Positions 39,365-48,973 of a stretch of DNA of 64,000 nt are shown here, one piece after another. Within the stretch, counting starts at the first letter, position 1. Each line of letters starts with the position of its first letter. The translations under genes and the position numbers were made by a program. The stretch is from a virus: positions 133,531 to 197,530 of IMG/VR virus record IMGVR_UViG_3300009408_000001. One strand, 5' to 3'. The notes beneath the pieces are model-generated. The model saw nothing but the letters and a program-made list of their open reading frames with translations. It ran no database searches and was not told where the DNA came from.

Positions 39365-40288
39365 ATGTTTGACGAAACAACACGCCGTACGGTAATGACG
39401 GGACTCGCCGCCTTTGCCTCTACTTTGTTACCGTCGTTTAGTAAGAGTCGCATTACCGAGGACCTTAACAGTGCCTTCAAAGTGATGACTCGCTTGCGTG
39501 ACCTGTATGACGGAATGCTAACCCGGGACTACATTCCCGTTATTGAATCTAATTACGGTCACCTACTGGGTGCGTTGAAAGGACGATCCACCATGTTCCG
39601 TGGTGACTTGCTGAAACACATTGGTATGATTGTCGATAAGCGAGTACGTGAACAAGGTGAGATCATGGACTTTGCAGACGACATCTTCGGAACGGTTGTA
39701 TCTACGGATGCATTAGATCATCGGCGTTTGCAGATGCTGCGTTACGTGGAAGGACTTAACTACTTCAACCTGTACGCACGTAAGTTATTGATTCATGTGA
39801 ACCACCTGCGCATTCAAGATGAAACCGTTGTAAGTGGGTTAGATGAGATTGATACTGACTTCTTACTGAACCAAGCCAACCAGATTGCATTTGCAATGGT
39901 GGCCACGGTAATGGAACATGATGCCAAGTTTGTCCGTAAGTCACTGGACAAAGTTTCGAAGATTAAGTACACGGAAGAATCTTACCGGCTAATGGAGCTG
40001 GATAAGAAGAACAAACGTAAGATGGATCCCCTGGGCCAGAACATGATTCCCGTTATTGGGGATTTGGTTTACCACCTGGGTACCGCAAAGAACCTGTGGT
40101 TTAAACATCGTCAAGATCTGAACGACGAAGAGATTGAAAAGATCCAAATCCAGTTGCTGTTGCTTAAACGCAAACGCGATGGTGTAGAAGATAAAGAGGA
40201 AATCGCTAAGCTGACAAAGCAGATCGATTACCACAATAGTCGGATCAATAAGATCTCGGCTAAGATCGAAGACATCGAAGAAGACTGA
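39365..40288 (+). CDS. Inner-body/head protein (phiKZ gp90-like)
   Basis: 307 aa with C-terminal coiled coil; synteny. Confidence 0.6.
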   Translation: MFDETTRRTVMTGLAAFASTLLPSFSKSRITEDLNSAFKVMTRLRDLYDGMLTRDYIPVIESNYGHLLGALKGRSTMFRGDLLKHIGMIVDKRVREQGEIMDFADDIFGTVVSTDALDHRRLQMLRYVEGLNYFNLYARKLLIHVNHLRIQDETVVSGLDEIDTDFLLNQANQIAFAMVATVMEHDAKFVRKSLDKVSKIKYTEESYRLMELDKKNKRKMDPLGQNMIPVIGDLVYHLGTAKNLWFKHRQDLNDEEIEKIQIQLLLLKRKRDGVEDKEEIAKLTKQIDYHNSRINKISAKIEDIEED

Positions 40289-40298
40289 GGGCGGCGAG

Positions 40299-40790
40299 AT
40301 GAGGGTGGTAACAGATAACGACGATTGGGAAAAGATGTGTACCATAATGGCACTTCAACAGGCGAGGATATCTGACAGCTATAGTATGAAAGACATTGTC
40401 CACCTACTGGACATCATAAACCGAGCACCGTCCCTTGCGTCGCAAGGTGGGAAGGTCACGATGTCTGCTTTAGATATGGTGGACGATATTATCGACCACG
40501 CAGCGGGACGTAGGACACGTGTGTACCCCTACTTCTACCTTACCGGTAAGGCAGAGGAAAAGGAGATGGCTCTCCCAGCCGAACGGTTCCGAGAACTGAT
40601 ATCGAAACGACAAGACCGCATGAGGAAGATAGGCAATGGGAAACCATGGTCCTGTTTCTCTTTGTACGGCGATGTCAATATGGAAGTTGTCAACATTGCA
40701 ATTTCTGCTACATACGTGGCCACGCAGTTGTGTGGTAAGGCGGTTCAAATTACGAAGGGGACGGTAACTCCTCTTCGCTCAAGAGTGTGA
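40299..40790 (+). CDS. Hypothetical protein
   Basis: 163-aa ORF in the head operon. Confidence 0.5.
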   Translation: MRVVTDNDDWEKMCTIMALQQARISDSYSMKDIVHLLDIINRAPSLASQGGKVTMSALDMVDDIIDHAAGRRTRVYPYFYLTGKAEEKEMALPAERFRELISKRQDRMRKIGNGKPWSCFSLYGDVNMEVVNIAISATYVATQLCGKAVQITKGTVTPLRSRV

Positions 40791-40819
40791 TCACACTAAA
40801 CGTTAAGGATATATCCAGA

Positions 40820-42295
40820 ATGAATATGAATTTTTTAGACGATGCTGGCCTTGCTAATAGCACTGCCTTTGGCGATGTACCTTTTGCCGTAGAGTCCTAC
40901 GGTGTACAGGAAAGTGAGAAAGAATTGGCCCAAGCTGCCTTAGACTGCATCGAAATCGATCAGACTTTGGAAAATGCCACTGGTGCTGTTACTGCAATGG
41001 AATCACTGCATGCAGTTGCTGTTGCGTCTGTAGCAGACGGCAGAGGTTTGGGTGAACACGGTGCTGCGGCGTTGTTACAAGGCGCAGATTGTGCTTTGGG
41101 TATGATTGGTGCTTCTGGTGCAGTACGCATTGCCAGCATGGAAGACTTCGGTGGTGTTAATGGTCGCGTTCGTGCTACCACGCATGCAATGGAATCGTTC
41201 ACTGATACCATGAAAAGCATTTGGGATACCATTGTAAAGTGGTGGAACAAGGCTAAAGAGGCAGTGATTAAGTGGTTCCAAAAGCATATCAGCTCTTTAG
41301 GTCGTTTGAAGATAGCAGCTAAGGCACTCGGTGAGAAAGCTGAGAAGTCTGATAATTCTCCTAAAGAGAAGAAATTGGAATTCTCCAAAGCTAAGTACCT
41401 CACAGTTGGTGATTCATTGGCTAAAACCGCTGAAGCATCCCTTTTGGAAGACCTGAACAAAATCAGTGACAAAGTCATCAGCAAGGAAGCTATTTCCGAA
41501 ACGGCAGAAGGGTTCATTAAAACCGCCGAGGACAGTGTTAAGGCAATTGGCAAAATCGACATTACGGAAGCCAAGGATACTGATAAGTTTACAAAACTTA
41601 CCGAGGACGTACAGGCAGAGGCAGAGAAGGCATCCAAGGAGTACAATACTGACCTGGGGTCCCTGCTGGTCATGACTAAAATGGAGAATGACGCACCCAA
41701 CGGTGACAAACGCATCAAAGTCCCAAAAAAGAAAGAGGGCTATAATTCCGAACGCATGTGTGGCAATGCACTTTGGTACGCCGATAGGTACGAAAAATCT
41801 GAATCTGGGTCAACCTTGTCCAAGTTGAAGTTCTACGGTACTGATCCTGCTAAGTTCAAAGACAAAGACGATCATGAAGTCGACGCTTTGACAGGTGGTG
41901 AAGTAAGCGAGGTCTGTGAAAAGATTGTTGAAGGTATTGAATTCTTGCAACGTCGTGATCCCTTCAAGAAGTTGTCAAGTGATACTAAGAAACTGACAAA
42001 GATTGGGAAAGAAGTCCAAAAAGCTTCTAGTGACTTGGTTAAGGGTGAAGACGTATATGGACCTGAGGTGAAGGATGGTACTAATAAGCCAAAGCCTGGT
42101 CCGAAGCTTAGTGTGAAGTCAGAAGTTGCTACACTGAAGAAGCAGTTAAAGGGCCTCGCGGGGTCGTTCAGTACTATCACTGACAATGCGCGTACTCCTG
42201 TTCGTGAATACATCCAACATGTATCCACAGTAATGGGTGCATATTACAGCTTCTGTAGCATGTCTTACAGTAACCTGAAACCTGACAACGACTGA
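40820..42295 (+). CDS. Inner-body protein paralog 1 (phiKZ gp93-97 family-like)
   Basis: Propeptide with repeated A-x-E sites, amphipathic helix, near-identical to paralogs 2 and 3. Confidence 0.7.
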   Translation: MNMNFLDDAGLANSTAFGDVPFAVESYGVQESEKELAQAALDCIEIDQTLENATGAVTAMESLHAVAVASVADGRGLGEHGAAALLQGADCALGMIGASGAVRIASMEDFGGVNGRVRATTHAMESFTDTMKSIWDTIVKWWNKAKEAVIKWFQKHISSLGRLKIAAKALGEKAEKSDNSPKEKKLEFSKAKYLTVGDSLAKTAEASLLEDLNKISDKVISKEAISETAEGFIKTAEDSVKAIGKIDITEAKDTDKFTKLTEDVQAEAEKASKEYNTDLGSLLVMTKMENDAPNGDKRIKVPKKKEGYNSERMCGNALWYADRYEKSESGSTLSKLKFYGTDPAKFKDKDDHEVDALTGGEVSEVCEKIVEGIEFLQRRDPFKKLSSDTKKLTKIGKEVQKASSDLVKGEDVYGPEVKDGTNKPKPGPKLSVKSEVATLKKQLKGLAGSFSTITDNARTPVREYIQHVSTVMGAYYSFCSMSYSNLKPDND

Positions 42296-42314
42296 TTGAT
42301 GGTCTAAGGCTGGT

Positions 42315-42350
42315 TTAAAGGTACGTCGGGCATTTCCGACGTACCTTTAA
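42315..42350. repeat. Perfect 15-bp inverted repeat
   Basis: TTAAAGGTACGTCGG-GCATTT-CCGACGTACCTTTAA. Confidence 0.9.
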
Positions 42351-42371
42351 GAACAACAGGATAGGTCCAGA

Positions 42372-43844
42372 ATGAATATGAATTTTTTAGACGATGCTGG
42401 CCTTGCTAATAGCACTGCCTTTGGCGATGTACCTTTTGCCGTAGAATCCTACGGTGTACAGGAAAGTGAGAAAGAATTGGCAGATGCTGCGTTAGCCTGT
42501 ATCGAAATCGATCAGACTTTGGAAAATGCCACTGGTGCTGTTACTGCAATGGAATCACTGCATGCAGTTGCTGTTGCGTCTGTAGCAGACGGCAGAGGTT
42601 TGGGTGAACACGGTGCTGCGGCGTTGTTACAAGGCGCAGATTGTGCTTTGGGTATGATTGGTGCTTCTGGTGGTATGCAAATGTATGCCGCTGAGAGTTA
42701 CGGCAGTAACAGTGGGTTCGCTACACATGCAATGGAATCGTTCTCTGAAACTATGGAAAAGATTTGGGATACCATTGTAGAGTGGTGGAACAAGGCTAAA
42801 GAGGCAGTGATTAAGTGGTTCCAAAAGCATATCAGCTCTTTAGGTCGTTTGAAGATAGCAGCTGAAGCCTTAGGCGAGAAAGCTGAGAAGTCTGATAATT
42901 CTCCTAAAGAGAAGAAACTGGAATTCTCCAAAGCTAAGTACATCACAGTTGGTGATTCATTGGCTAAAACCGCTGAAGTCTCCCTTTTGGAAGACCTGAA
43001 CGAAATCAGTGACAAAGTCATCAGCAAGGAAGCTATTTCCGAAACGGCAGAAGAGTTCATTGAAATCTCCGAGGCCAGTGTTAAGGCAATTGGCAAAATC
43101 GACATTACGGAAGCCACGCCGGCGGAGTTTGATACCCTTATCCTCACCACGGCGTTAGAAGCATCAAGGGCATCCGTAGTGTACAGCGATGGCCTGGATA
43201 AACTACTTGGCCTTGATGCACTGGAGAATGACGCACCCAACGGTGACAAACGCATCAAAATACCAAAAAAGAAAGAGGCCGCTATTTCCGAACGCATGTG
43301 TGGCAATGCACTTTGGTACATCGATAGGTACACCAACAGCGAAGATGGGACAGTCTTTCCCAAGTTGAAGTTCTACGGTACTGATCCTGCTAAGTTCAAA
43401 GACAAAGACGATCATGAAGTCGACGCTTTGACTGGTGGTGAAATCAGTGAGGTCTGTGAAAGGATTGTTGATGGCATTGAGTTCTTGCAACGTCGTGACC
43501 CTTTCAAGAAGTTGTCAAGTGATACTAAGAAACTGACAAAGATTGGGAAAGAAGTCCAAAAAGCGTCCATTTCCTTGGTTAGGGGTGTAAAGGTGCGTAC
43601 ACCCGGTGGGGTTACTACAACCACTGAAGAGATCCGCGTGACAGTAGAGAAGACTCATAGTACAAAGTCAGATGTTTCTAAGCTGAAGAAGGCGTTAAAG
43701 ACCCTCACGGGCTCGTTCAACATCATCACTGACAATGCTCGTACTCCTGTTCGTGAATACATCCAACATGTATCCACGGTAATGGGTGCTTACTACAGCT
43801 TCTGTAGCATGTCTTACAGTAACCTGAAACCTGACGACTCTTGA
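42372..43844 (+). CDS. Inner-body protein paralog 2
   Basis: Same family as paralog 1; mosaic of paralog 1- and 3-like blocks. Confidence 0.7.
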   Translation: MNMNFLDDAGLANSTAFGDVPFAVESYGVQESEKELADAALACIEIDQTLENATGAVTAMESLHAVAVASVADGRGLGEHGAAALLQGADCALGMIGASGGMQMYAAESYGSNSGFATHAMESFSETMEKIWDTIVEWWNKAKEAVIKWFQKHISSLGRLKIAAEALGEKAEKSDNSPKEKKLEFSKAKYITVGDSLAKTAEVSLLEDLNEISDKVISKEAISETAEEFIEISEASVKAIGKIDITEATPAEFDTLILTTALEASRASVVYSDGLDKLLGLDALENDAPNGDKRIKIPKKKEAAISERMCGNALWYIDRYTNSEDGTVFPKLKFYGTDPAKFKDKDDHEVDALTGGEISEVCERIVDGIEFLQRRDPFKKLSSDTKKLTKIGKEVQKASISLVRGVKVRTPGGVTTTTEEIRVTVEKTHSTKSDVSKLKKALKTLTGSFNIITDNARTPVREYIQHVSTVMGAYYSFCSMSYSNLKPDDS

Positions 43845-43939
43845 TCGGTTGATCTAAGGCTGGTTTAAACATACGAAGGGACGGTAACGCCTCTTCGATC
43901 AATAGTGTGATCACACTAAACGTTAAGGATATATCCAGA

Positions 43940-45349
43940 ATGAATATGAATTTTTTAGACGATGCTGGCCTTGCTAATAGCACTGCCTTTGGCGATTTAC
44001 CTTTTGCTGTAGAATCCTACGGTGTACAGGAAAGTGAGAAAGAATTGGCCCAAGCTGCGTTAGCCTGTATCGAAATCGATCAGACCATCGAGAAAGCAGC
44101 CGGTGCCGCTTGTGCAATGGAATCACTTGCTGGTGTTGCCAGTGATTCCTTGGCTGACGGTGGTGTTACCGGTCATGATGCTGCTGCGGTTATGGCTGCT
44201 GCTGATGTTGCGTTGATGACGATCGGTGCTGGTGGTGGTATGCAAATGCCTGCCGCTGAGAGTTACGGCAGTAACAGTGGTTTCGCTACACATGCAATGG
44301 AATCATTTTCTGAAACCATGACAAAGATTTGGGATACCATTGTAGAGTGGTGGAACAAAGCTAAAGAGGCAGTGATTAAGTGGTTCCAAAAACACATTAG
44401 TTCTTTAGGTCGTTTGAAGATAGCAGCTAAGGCCTTAGGTGAGAAAGCTGAGAAGTCTGATAATTCTCCTAAAGAGAAGAAATTGGAATTCTCCAAAGCT
44501 AAGTACATGGCTACCGAAGACAAGTTGCCTACCTCTGCCGAAGCGGATGGCCTGGACATGCTGAACACAATCAGTGACAAAGTCATCAGCAAGGAAGCAA
44601 TCGCAGAATACACCACCAGCTACATTGAAGATATGGAAGCCGTGGTGGAAGGCCTGGAAGTCAAAAAGGAAAATACTGTTGCTGTTGCGAACACCTCTGT
44701 CGAATCTGCCTTGGCGGAGGCAATTTCTACCTACGAAGGTGCGATTACCACCCTCCTTGGTTTGACAAATTCTGCAAGTGACGCAGACGACAAACGCATC
44801 AAAGATCCCAAATCGGGTGGTAAAGTCAATGTCTCTGATTTGTTGACTGGGCTTGCTCGTTGGACAGGTACCGTAAAGGAAACAGGTACAGGCGAGGAAA
44901 AACAAGGGCTTTCCCTCATATCCATCACCTTCTACGGTACTGATCCTGCGAAGTTCAAAGACAAAGACGAGCATGAAGTCGACGCTTTGACAGGTGGTGA
45001 AATCAGTGAGATCTGCACTAAGATTGTTGAAGGCGTTGACTTCTTGCAACGACGTGATCCTTTCAAGAAGTTGGCCAGCCATGGCAAGAAACTGAAATCG
45101 TTGGGTACTTCCTTCAACAAGAAAGTCAAGGAAGTAACCGACGAAGCCGGTGCTGGTGCGGGTAAGAAAGACGAGGGCGCTAAAGCACTGCGCAAGTTGT
45201 CTGGTAAGGTCACTAAGTCAATGACCAACGTGACCACCAATGCTCGTACTCCTGTTCGTGAATACATCCAGCATGTATCCACTGTAATGGGTGCTTACTA
45301 CAGCTTCTGTAGTAAGTCTTACAGTAACCTGAGACCTGACGACGCTTGA
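43940..45349 (+). CDS. Inner-body protein paralog 3
   Basis: Same family as paralog 1; most divergent middle region. Confidence 0.7.
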   Translation: MNMNFLDDAGLANSTAFGDLPFAVESYGVQESEKELAQAALACIEIDQTIEKAAGAACAMESLAGVASDSLADGGVTGHDAAAVMAAADVALMTIGAGGGMQMPAAESYGSNSGFATHAMESFSETMTKIWDTIVEWWNKAKEAVIKWFQKHISSLGRLKIAAKALGEKAEKSDNSPKEKKLEFSKAKYMATEDKLPTSAEADGLDMLNTISDKVISKEAIAEYTTSYIEDMEAVVEGLEVKKENTVAVANTSVESALAEAISTYEGAITTLLGLTNSASDADDKRIKDPKSGGKVNVSDLLTGLARWTGTVKETGTGEEKQGLSLISITFYGTDPAKFKDKDEHEVDALTGGEISEICTKIVEGVDFLQRRDPFKKLASHGKKLKSLGTSFNKKVKEVTDEAGAGAGKKDEGAKALRKLSGKVTKSMTNVTTNARTPVREYIQHVSTVMGAYYSFCSKSYSNLRPDDA

Positions 45350-45371
45350 TCGGTTGGTTTAATTAGGTAGT

Positions 45372-45407
45372 ACAACCACCTCCTTCGGGGGGTGGTTGTT
45401 TATGCTG
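45372..45407. terminator. Hairpin after the paralog array
   Basis: ACAACCACCTCC-TTCG-GGGGGTGGTTGT followed by TTATGCTG. Confidence 0.75.
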
Positions 45408-45438
45408 TCGATCCTATATATGTCACCAGGAGAAGGCA

Positions 45439-47013
45439 ATGCCTTATGTAACGCAGATTATACCACAGCACGAGATAACCATAACCAGACCGGTTATTAC
45501 CCAGTTTGTGGAAGACATAATGAAAGCATACGGTGTCCCATCCGACATGCGTATTGTCTATGAAGAGGAGTTGGGATCATTGCCCTTAAGAGAGGCACTC
45601 CTAGCAAAGAAGAAAACAGCCAAGGACAACGACCGGGATAAAGATAAGGACATCCAAATAGAGGTACCTAGAAACCACGACTTTGTAAAGGTAACCTACC
45701 GTGAGAAGTACGCAGAAGATGCGGTATTGCGGTCAGTAGCGTATAACCGAGAACACGTCTGTGTCTTTAATGACCAGTCATTAGGATTACGACTGAGCGC
45801 TACGTACGCTTCCGTTATAGTAGAGATGAACATTACCTTTAACTTCCGGTCAAGAGTAACCTTATCTGCCCTTAGACGGCGTCTGAGGATGGCACACGGG
45901 TTATCTGCAATTCAGGTAAGGCATTCCATTCGGTACAACTACGGTCTTCCTAAGGCCATGACAGAGTTCTTATATGACGCGTGGGTAATGAGAGAAGCAG
46001 TAGAACCATATGGCGATACCCTGTCTGAGTACTTAGACAACCACTTCTACAAGGGAAGAATGTCAAGAGCAAACGTATCGAGTACCTACGCCAGGGTAGC
46101 CATTGATGAGATCCAGTCAAACATCCGGGGTGAGGTGGCTTCTGAGTTCTTCTATAATGAGCCAGAAGTAAATGAAGGAGTTTATGAATTGGGGATGGAA
46201 TACAAGACTCAGTACGAACAACCCATTGGACTGGTACTGCGTTACCCTAACATGATACACAACCAACATATCCCAGAGCGCTATCAGGAGATATGGGAAC
46301 CCCCACCCGTTGTAACCACGTTCATTGATACCATGCGATCATATCCCCGTATCGAAAACGATTACGCAATCCCACCCATGTTAGAATTACCAGGAGACAC
46401 CCGACTGGACCCGACGGATGAGTGGTTTCCAGAAAGAGCCAGTGAAGGTTACGGTACGGTGGTTATCGTCCCATTGGAGGTCGAGTTAGGTAACCGAAGA
46501 AGTGTTTTCAACTTATCCGACTTACCAGAGAACTACTTACCCCTGCACATCCGTAACTACATACAGGACCACCCATTGGATTCCATTGTACCTCACCGCA
46601 GTGCGTATCTGGTACAGGCCCATCGGTTAGGCGACAATGAAGATCTCAGTGTGGTTGAGATAAGTCCAACGGGTGACATAACCACAACCATAGACATGGA
46701 TCCTAGAAAACGAAACTACCTTCGGATATCTATGTTGATGGACTTAGGGAATCTCTCCCAGGACCACTTTGATTACCTCGCAGCGAATCCATATATGGCA
46801 GAAGCCACATTGGATGCACGTTGTCCTGGTATCCGGTTAAACACAAATGGACTACTTCGGACCATTGGCGTATCTCCCGGTTGGAAGGTAGCTAAGCCTT
46901 CCTTACGAGATACCATCGGACGGATGCCCTCGACCGGTGCCATTTACAAAGAAGCAATTACCCACGGTACACGTACTGTGATGAACACCGCGCTTGTCGC
47001 GCTTAGGAAATAA
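45439..47013 (+). CDS. Virion structural protein (phiKZ gp98-like)
   Basis: 524 aa; synteny. Confidence 0.55.
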   Translation: MPYVTQIIPQHEITITRPVITQFVEDIMKAYGVPSDMRIVYEEELGSLPLREALLAKKKTAKDNDRDKDKDIQIEVPRNHDFVKVTYREKYAEDAVLRSVAYNREHVCVFNDQSLGLRLSATYASVIVEMNITFNFRSRVTLSALRRRLRMAHGLSAIQVRHSIRYNYGLPKAMTEFLYDAWVMREAVEPYGDTLSEYLDNHFYKGRMSRANVSSTYARVAIDEIQSNIRGEVASEFFYNEPEVNEGVYELGMEYKTQYEQPIGLVLRYPNMIHNQHIPERYQEIWEPPPVVTTFIDTMRSYPRIENDYAIPPMLELPGDTRLDPTDEWFPERASEGYGTVVIVPLEVELGNRRSVFNLSDLPENYLPLHIRNYIQDHPLDSIVPHRSAYLVQAHRLGDNEDLSVVEISPTGDITTTIDMDPRKRNYLRISMLMDLGNLSQDHFDYLAANPYMAEATLDARCPGIRLNTNGLLRTIGVSPGWKVAKPSLRDTIGRMPSTGAIYKEAITHGTRTVMNTALVALRK

Positions 47014-47015
47014 CA

Positions 47016-48227
47016 ATGGCCATTGCAAACTTCAGCAAGTCAAGCGCTGCCCCACCCCCAACTGGTGTAGAGCGTGAGATTTTATCTAACTCCCGTTACC
47101 AGTCTTCTAACCTACTCAACCCACAGATCACCGAGATCGAAGGGGAACCCTGGGAAGGAACATGGTATTCTAACCGACTGGTAGAAGGACAAGAGCCCCG
47201 TTACCCAGATCTGGCACTGGACCCTACCCTGCAACAATACCAAAAGATCATCCGATTTAAGGTAGCACTGGAAAGTCCCATTGATCCAGACATGGCACCC
47301 ACCACGGGAACCATTGAGCTTAGAGCAGCAGCCCAAATCTACAGTGGGACAGTAATTCCAAAGGTAAGCGATGTCTTTGTTGTGCAACTCACACCGGGTA
47401 GGTTCGCGGCGTTCGTAGTGACTGAAGTACAACCGGTCAGTTACTTTAACAAACCGACTTACCGTATTAACCTTTCCCTACACACAGAAGACCCGAATGT
47501 AATCGAGAACATGGATTCCAAAGTCGTGGAAAACCTGGTGTTCGACTACGGTCGCTTTAGAGAAGGTAAGGAATCCATTCGCACCTACGTTCAGGCTAAT
47601 TCCGAACTGCAACTGCACACTGTCATTAGGACGCTCATAAGTGCCCTCTACGATGAGTTCTACGATACCCTTACAAAGACATTCGTAATGGATGACGATT
47701 CCACCAGCCGCTTGTATGATCCAATTGCGGTGGCATTCTTTAATAAAGTGGTAGGTCGGGAGCTAAGAGGTGGTAAACCTCGTCCAGAAGTCTACTATGA
47801 TGGGCGTGCCACACAGTACCTAGAGAGACCCACCCTGTGGAGAGCATTGGCAATGGGTACCTCTACAGGCATGGCGGTATTCCCAAGGAGCTTCTCACGC
47901 TTGGACCCAACCTTCTTTAGAGAACAAGAGTTGTGGTTCTCACTTGCATCTGCTGGTGTGGGTGAAATACTCACGTGTGACAGTTGGAAAGCAAGAGGGG
48001 GTACTGAAAACCCCTATGTGCTGAGTAATGAGTTTTACACTGGAGACAGCACGATGTCTTCTCTCGAAGCACTTGTACTCCTAGCCATTGACCGGGGTAA
48101 CATTCTGAGCGATAACTTGGCAACCGAAATAAATGCATTGGAAAGTACAGACCTGACTACCGTTGAAAGGTTTCACAGGACTATATTACTTATTTGCCTA
48201 ACCCTACTTAAAACAGGAGAACGATAA
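47016..48227 (+). CDS. Virion structural protein (phiKZ gp99-like)
   Basis: 403 aa; synteny. Confidence 0.55.
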   Translation: MAIANFSKSSAAPPPTGVEREILSNSRYQSSNLLNPQITEIEGEPWEGTWYSNRLVEGQEPRYPDLALDPTLQQYQKIIRFKVALESPIDPDMAPTTGTIELRAAAQIYSGTVIPKVSDVFVVQLTPGRFAAFVVTEVQPVSYFNKPTYRINLSLHTEDPNVIENMDSKVVENLVFDYGRFREGKESIRTYVQANSELQLHTVIRTLISALYDEFYDTLTKTFVMDDDSTSRLYDPIAVAFFNKVVGRELRGGKPRPEVYYDGRATQYLERPTLWRALAMGTSTGMAVFPRSFSRLDPTFFREQELWFSLASAGVGEILTCDSWKARGGTENPYVLSNEFYTGDSTMSSLEALVLLAIDRGNILSDNLATEINALESTDLTTVERFHRTILLICLTLLKTGER

Positions 48228-48964
48228 TGACAACCGATACCTTAGCCAAGTTGGCGGAAATCGAACACTCGATTTTCACAAAGACATATCTGTGTAAGTG
48301 TACCCCGGAAGATTACACTATGACACAAACCCCGGTTTGCATTGAACCGGATAACCTTCCCCGTGTTTCTATTAGCCCCGAAGGAAACAGAGTGGTTCGA
48401 ACCGTGGTGTCACCAAACGCTGCGATGATTGAAACCGTCTTATCAAGACAGTTACGATATACTGGGGATAAAGAAACGGATGATCGCGTTGCCCGTACAC
48501 GTGCAGCGTACAACTTCACCGTGGACGACATGGTAGAAGTGTTGGATAAGGGTGGAGAATTTGTTTTCACCAGTCCAGCCGATGTGAGTGAGATTGCGGA
48601 TACCGTGTGGGACTACATTGACACCACAGACAAACACCGGAGAGCCGCAATCCACACGTGTATAGAAGTATCTGACGCAGAGGAAACCTACCACAAGCTA
48701 AGTGTGTTCCTTAAGAAGATGGAACACCTCCTGAATATAACCGATCGAATGCGGAAGGACTCAGGTTTCGCAGCAGACATGAACGATATCTTCAAGGAGG
48801 TGGGATTCACGATGGGTGGGTCTAACTCACTGATCGATGACATATTAAACTCCACTCCATCCGTTGACGACATTGTACCTGTTAAGGCAGTCGATGAAAA
48901 ACAAAGTGCAGCAGCGTATGCCCGGTCCAGGGGGACGTACTCTGACCCATGGGATAACTTATAA
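48227..48964 (+). CDS. Conserved protein (phiKZ gp100-like)
   Basis: 245 aa, stop/start overlap. Confidence 0.5.
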   Translation: MTTDTLAKLAEIEHSIFTKTYLCKCTPEDYTMTQTPVCIEPDNLPRVSISPEGNRVVRTVVSPNAAMIETVLSRQLRYTGDKETDDRVARTRAAYNFTVDDMVEVLDKGGEFVFTSPADVSEIADTVWDYIDTTDKHRRAAIHTCIEVSDAEETYHKLSVFLKKMEHLLNITDRMRKDSGFAADMNDIFKEVGFTMGGSNSLIDDILNSTPSVDDIVPVKAVDEKQSAAAYARSRGTYSDPWDNL

Positions 48965-48973
48965 GGAAGAACA

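Noticed and set aside
40960-45282. Long antisense ORFs (up to 252 aa) opposite the inner-body paralogs
   Set aside because: They recur in each paralog as shadows of the sense codon bias and lack SD, promoter or protein-like features.
40820-45349. Diversity-generating retroelement as the source of paralog variation
   Set aside because: No reverse transcriptase in the window; differences include indels and non-adenine changes.
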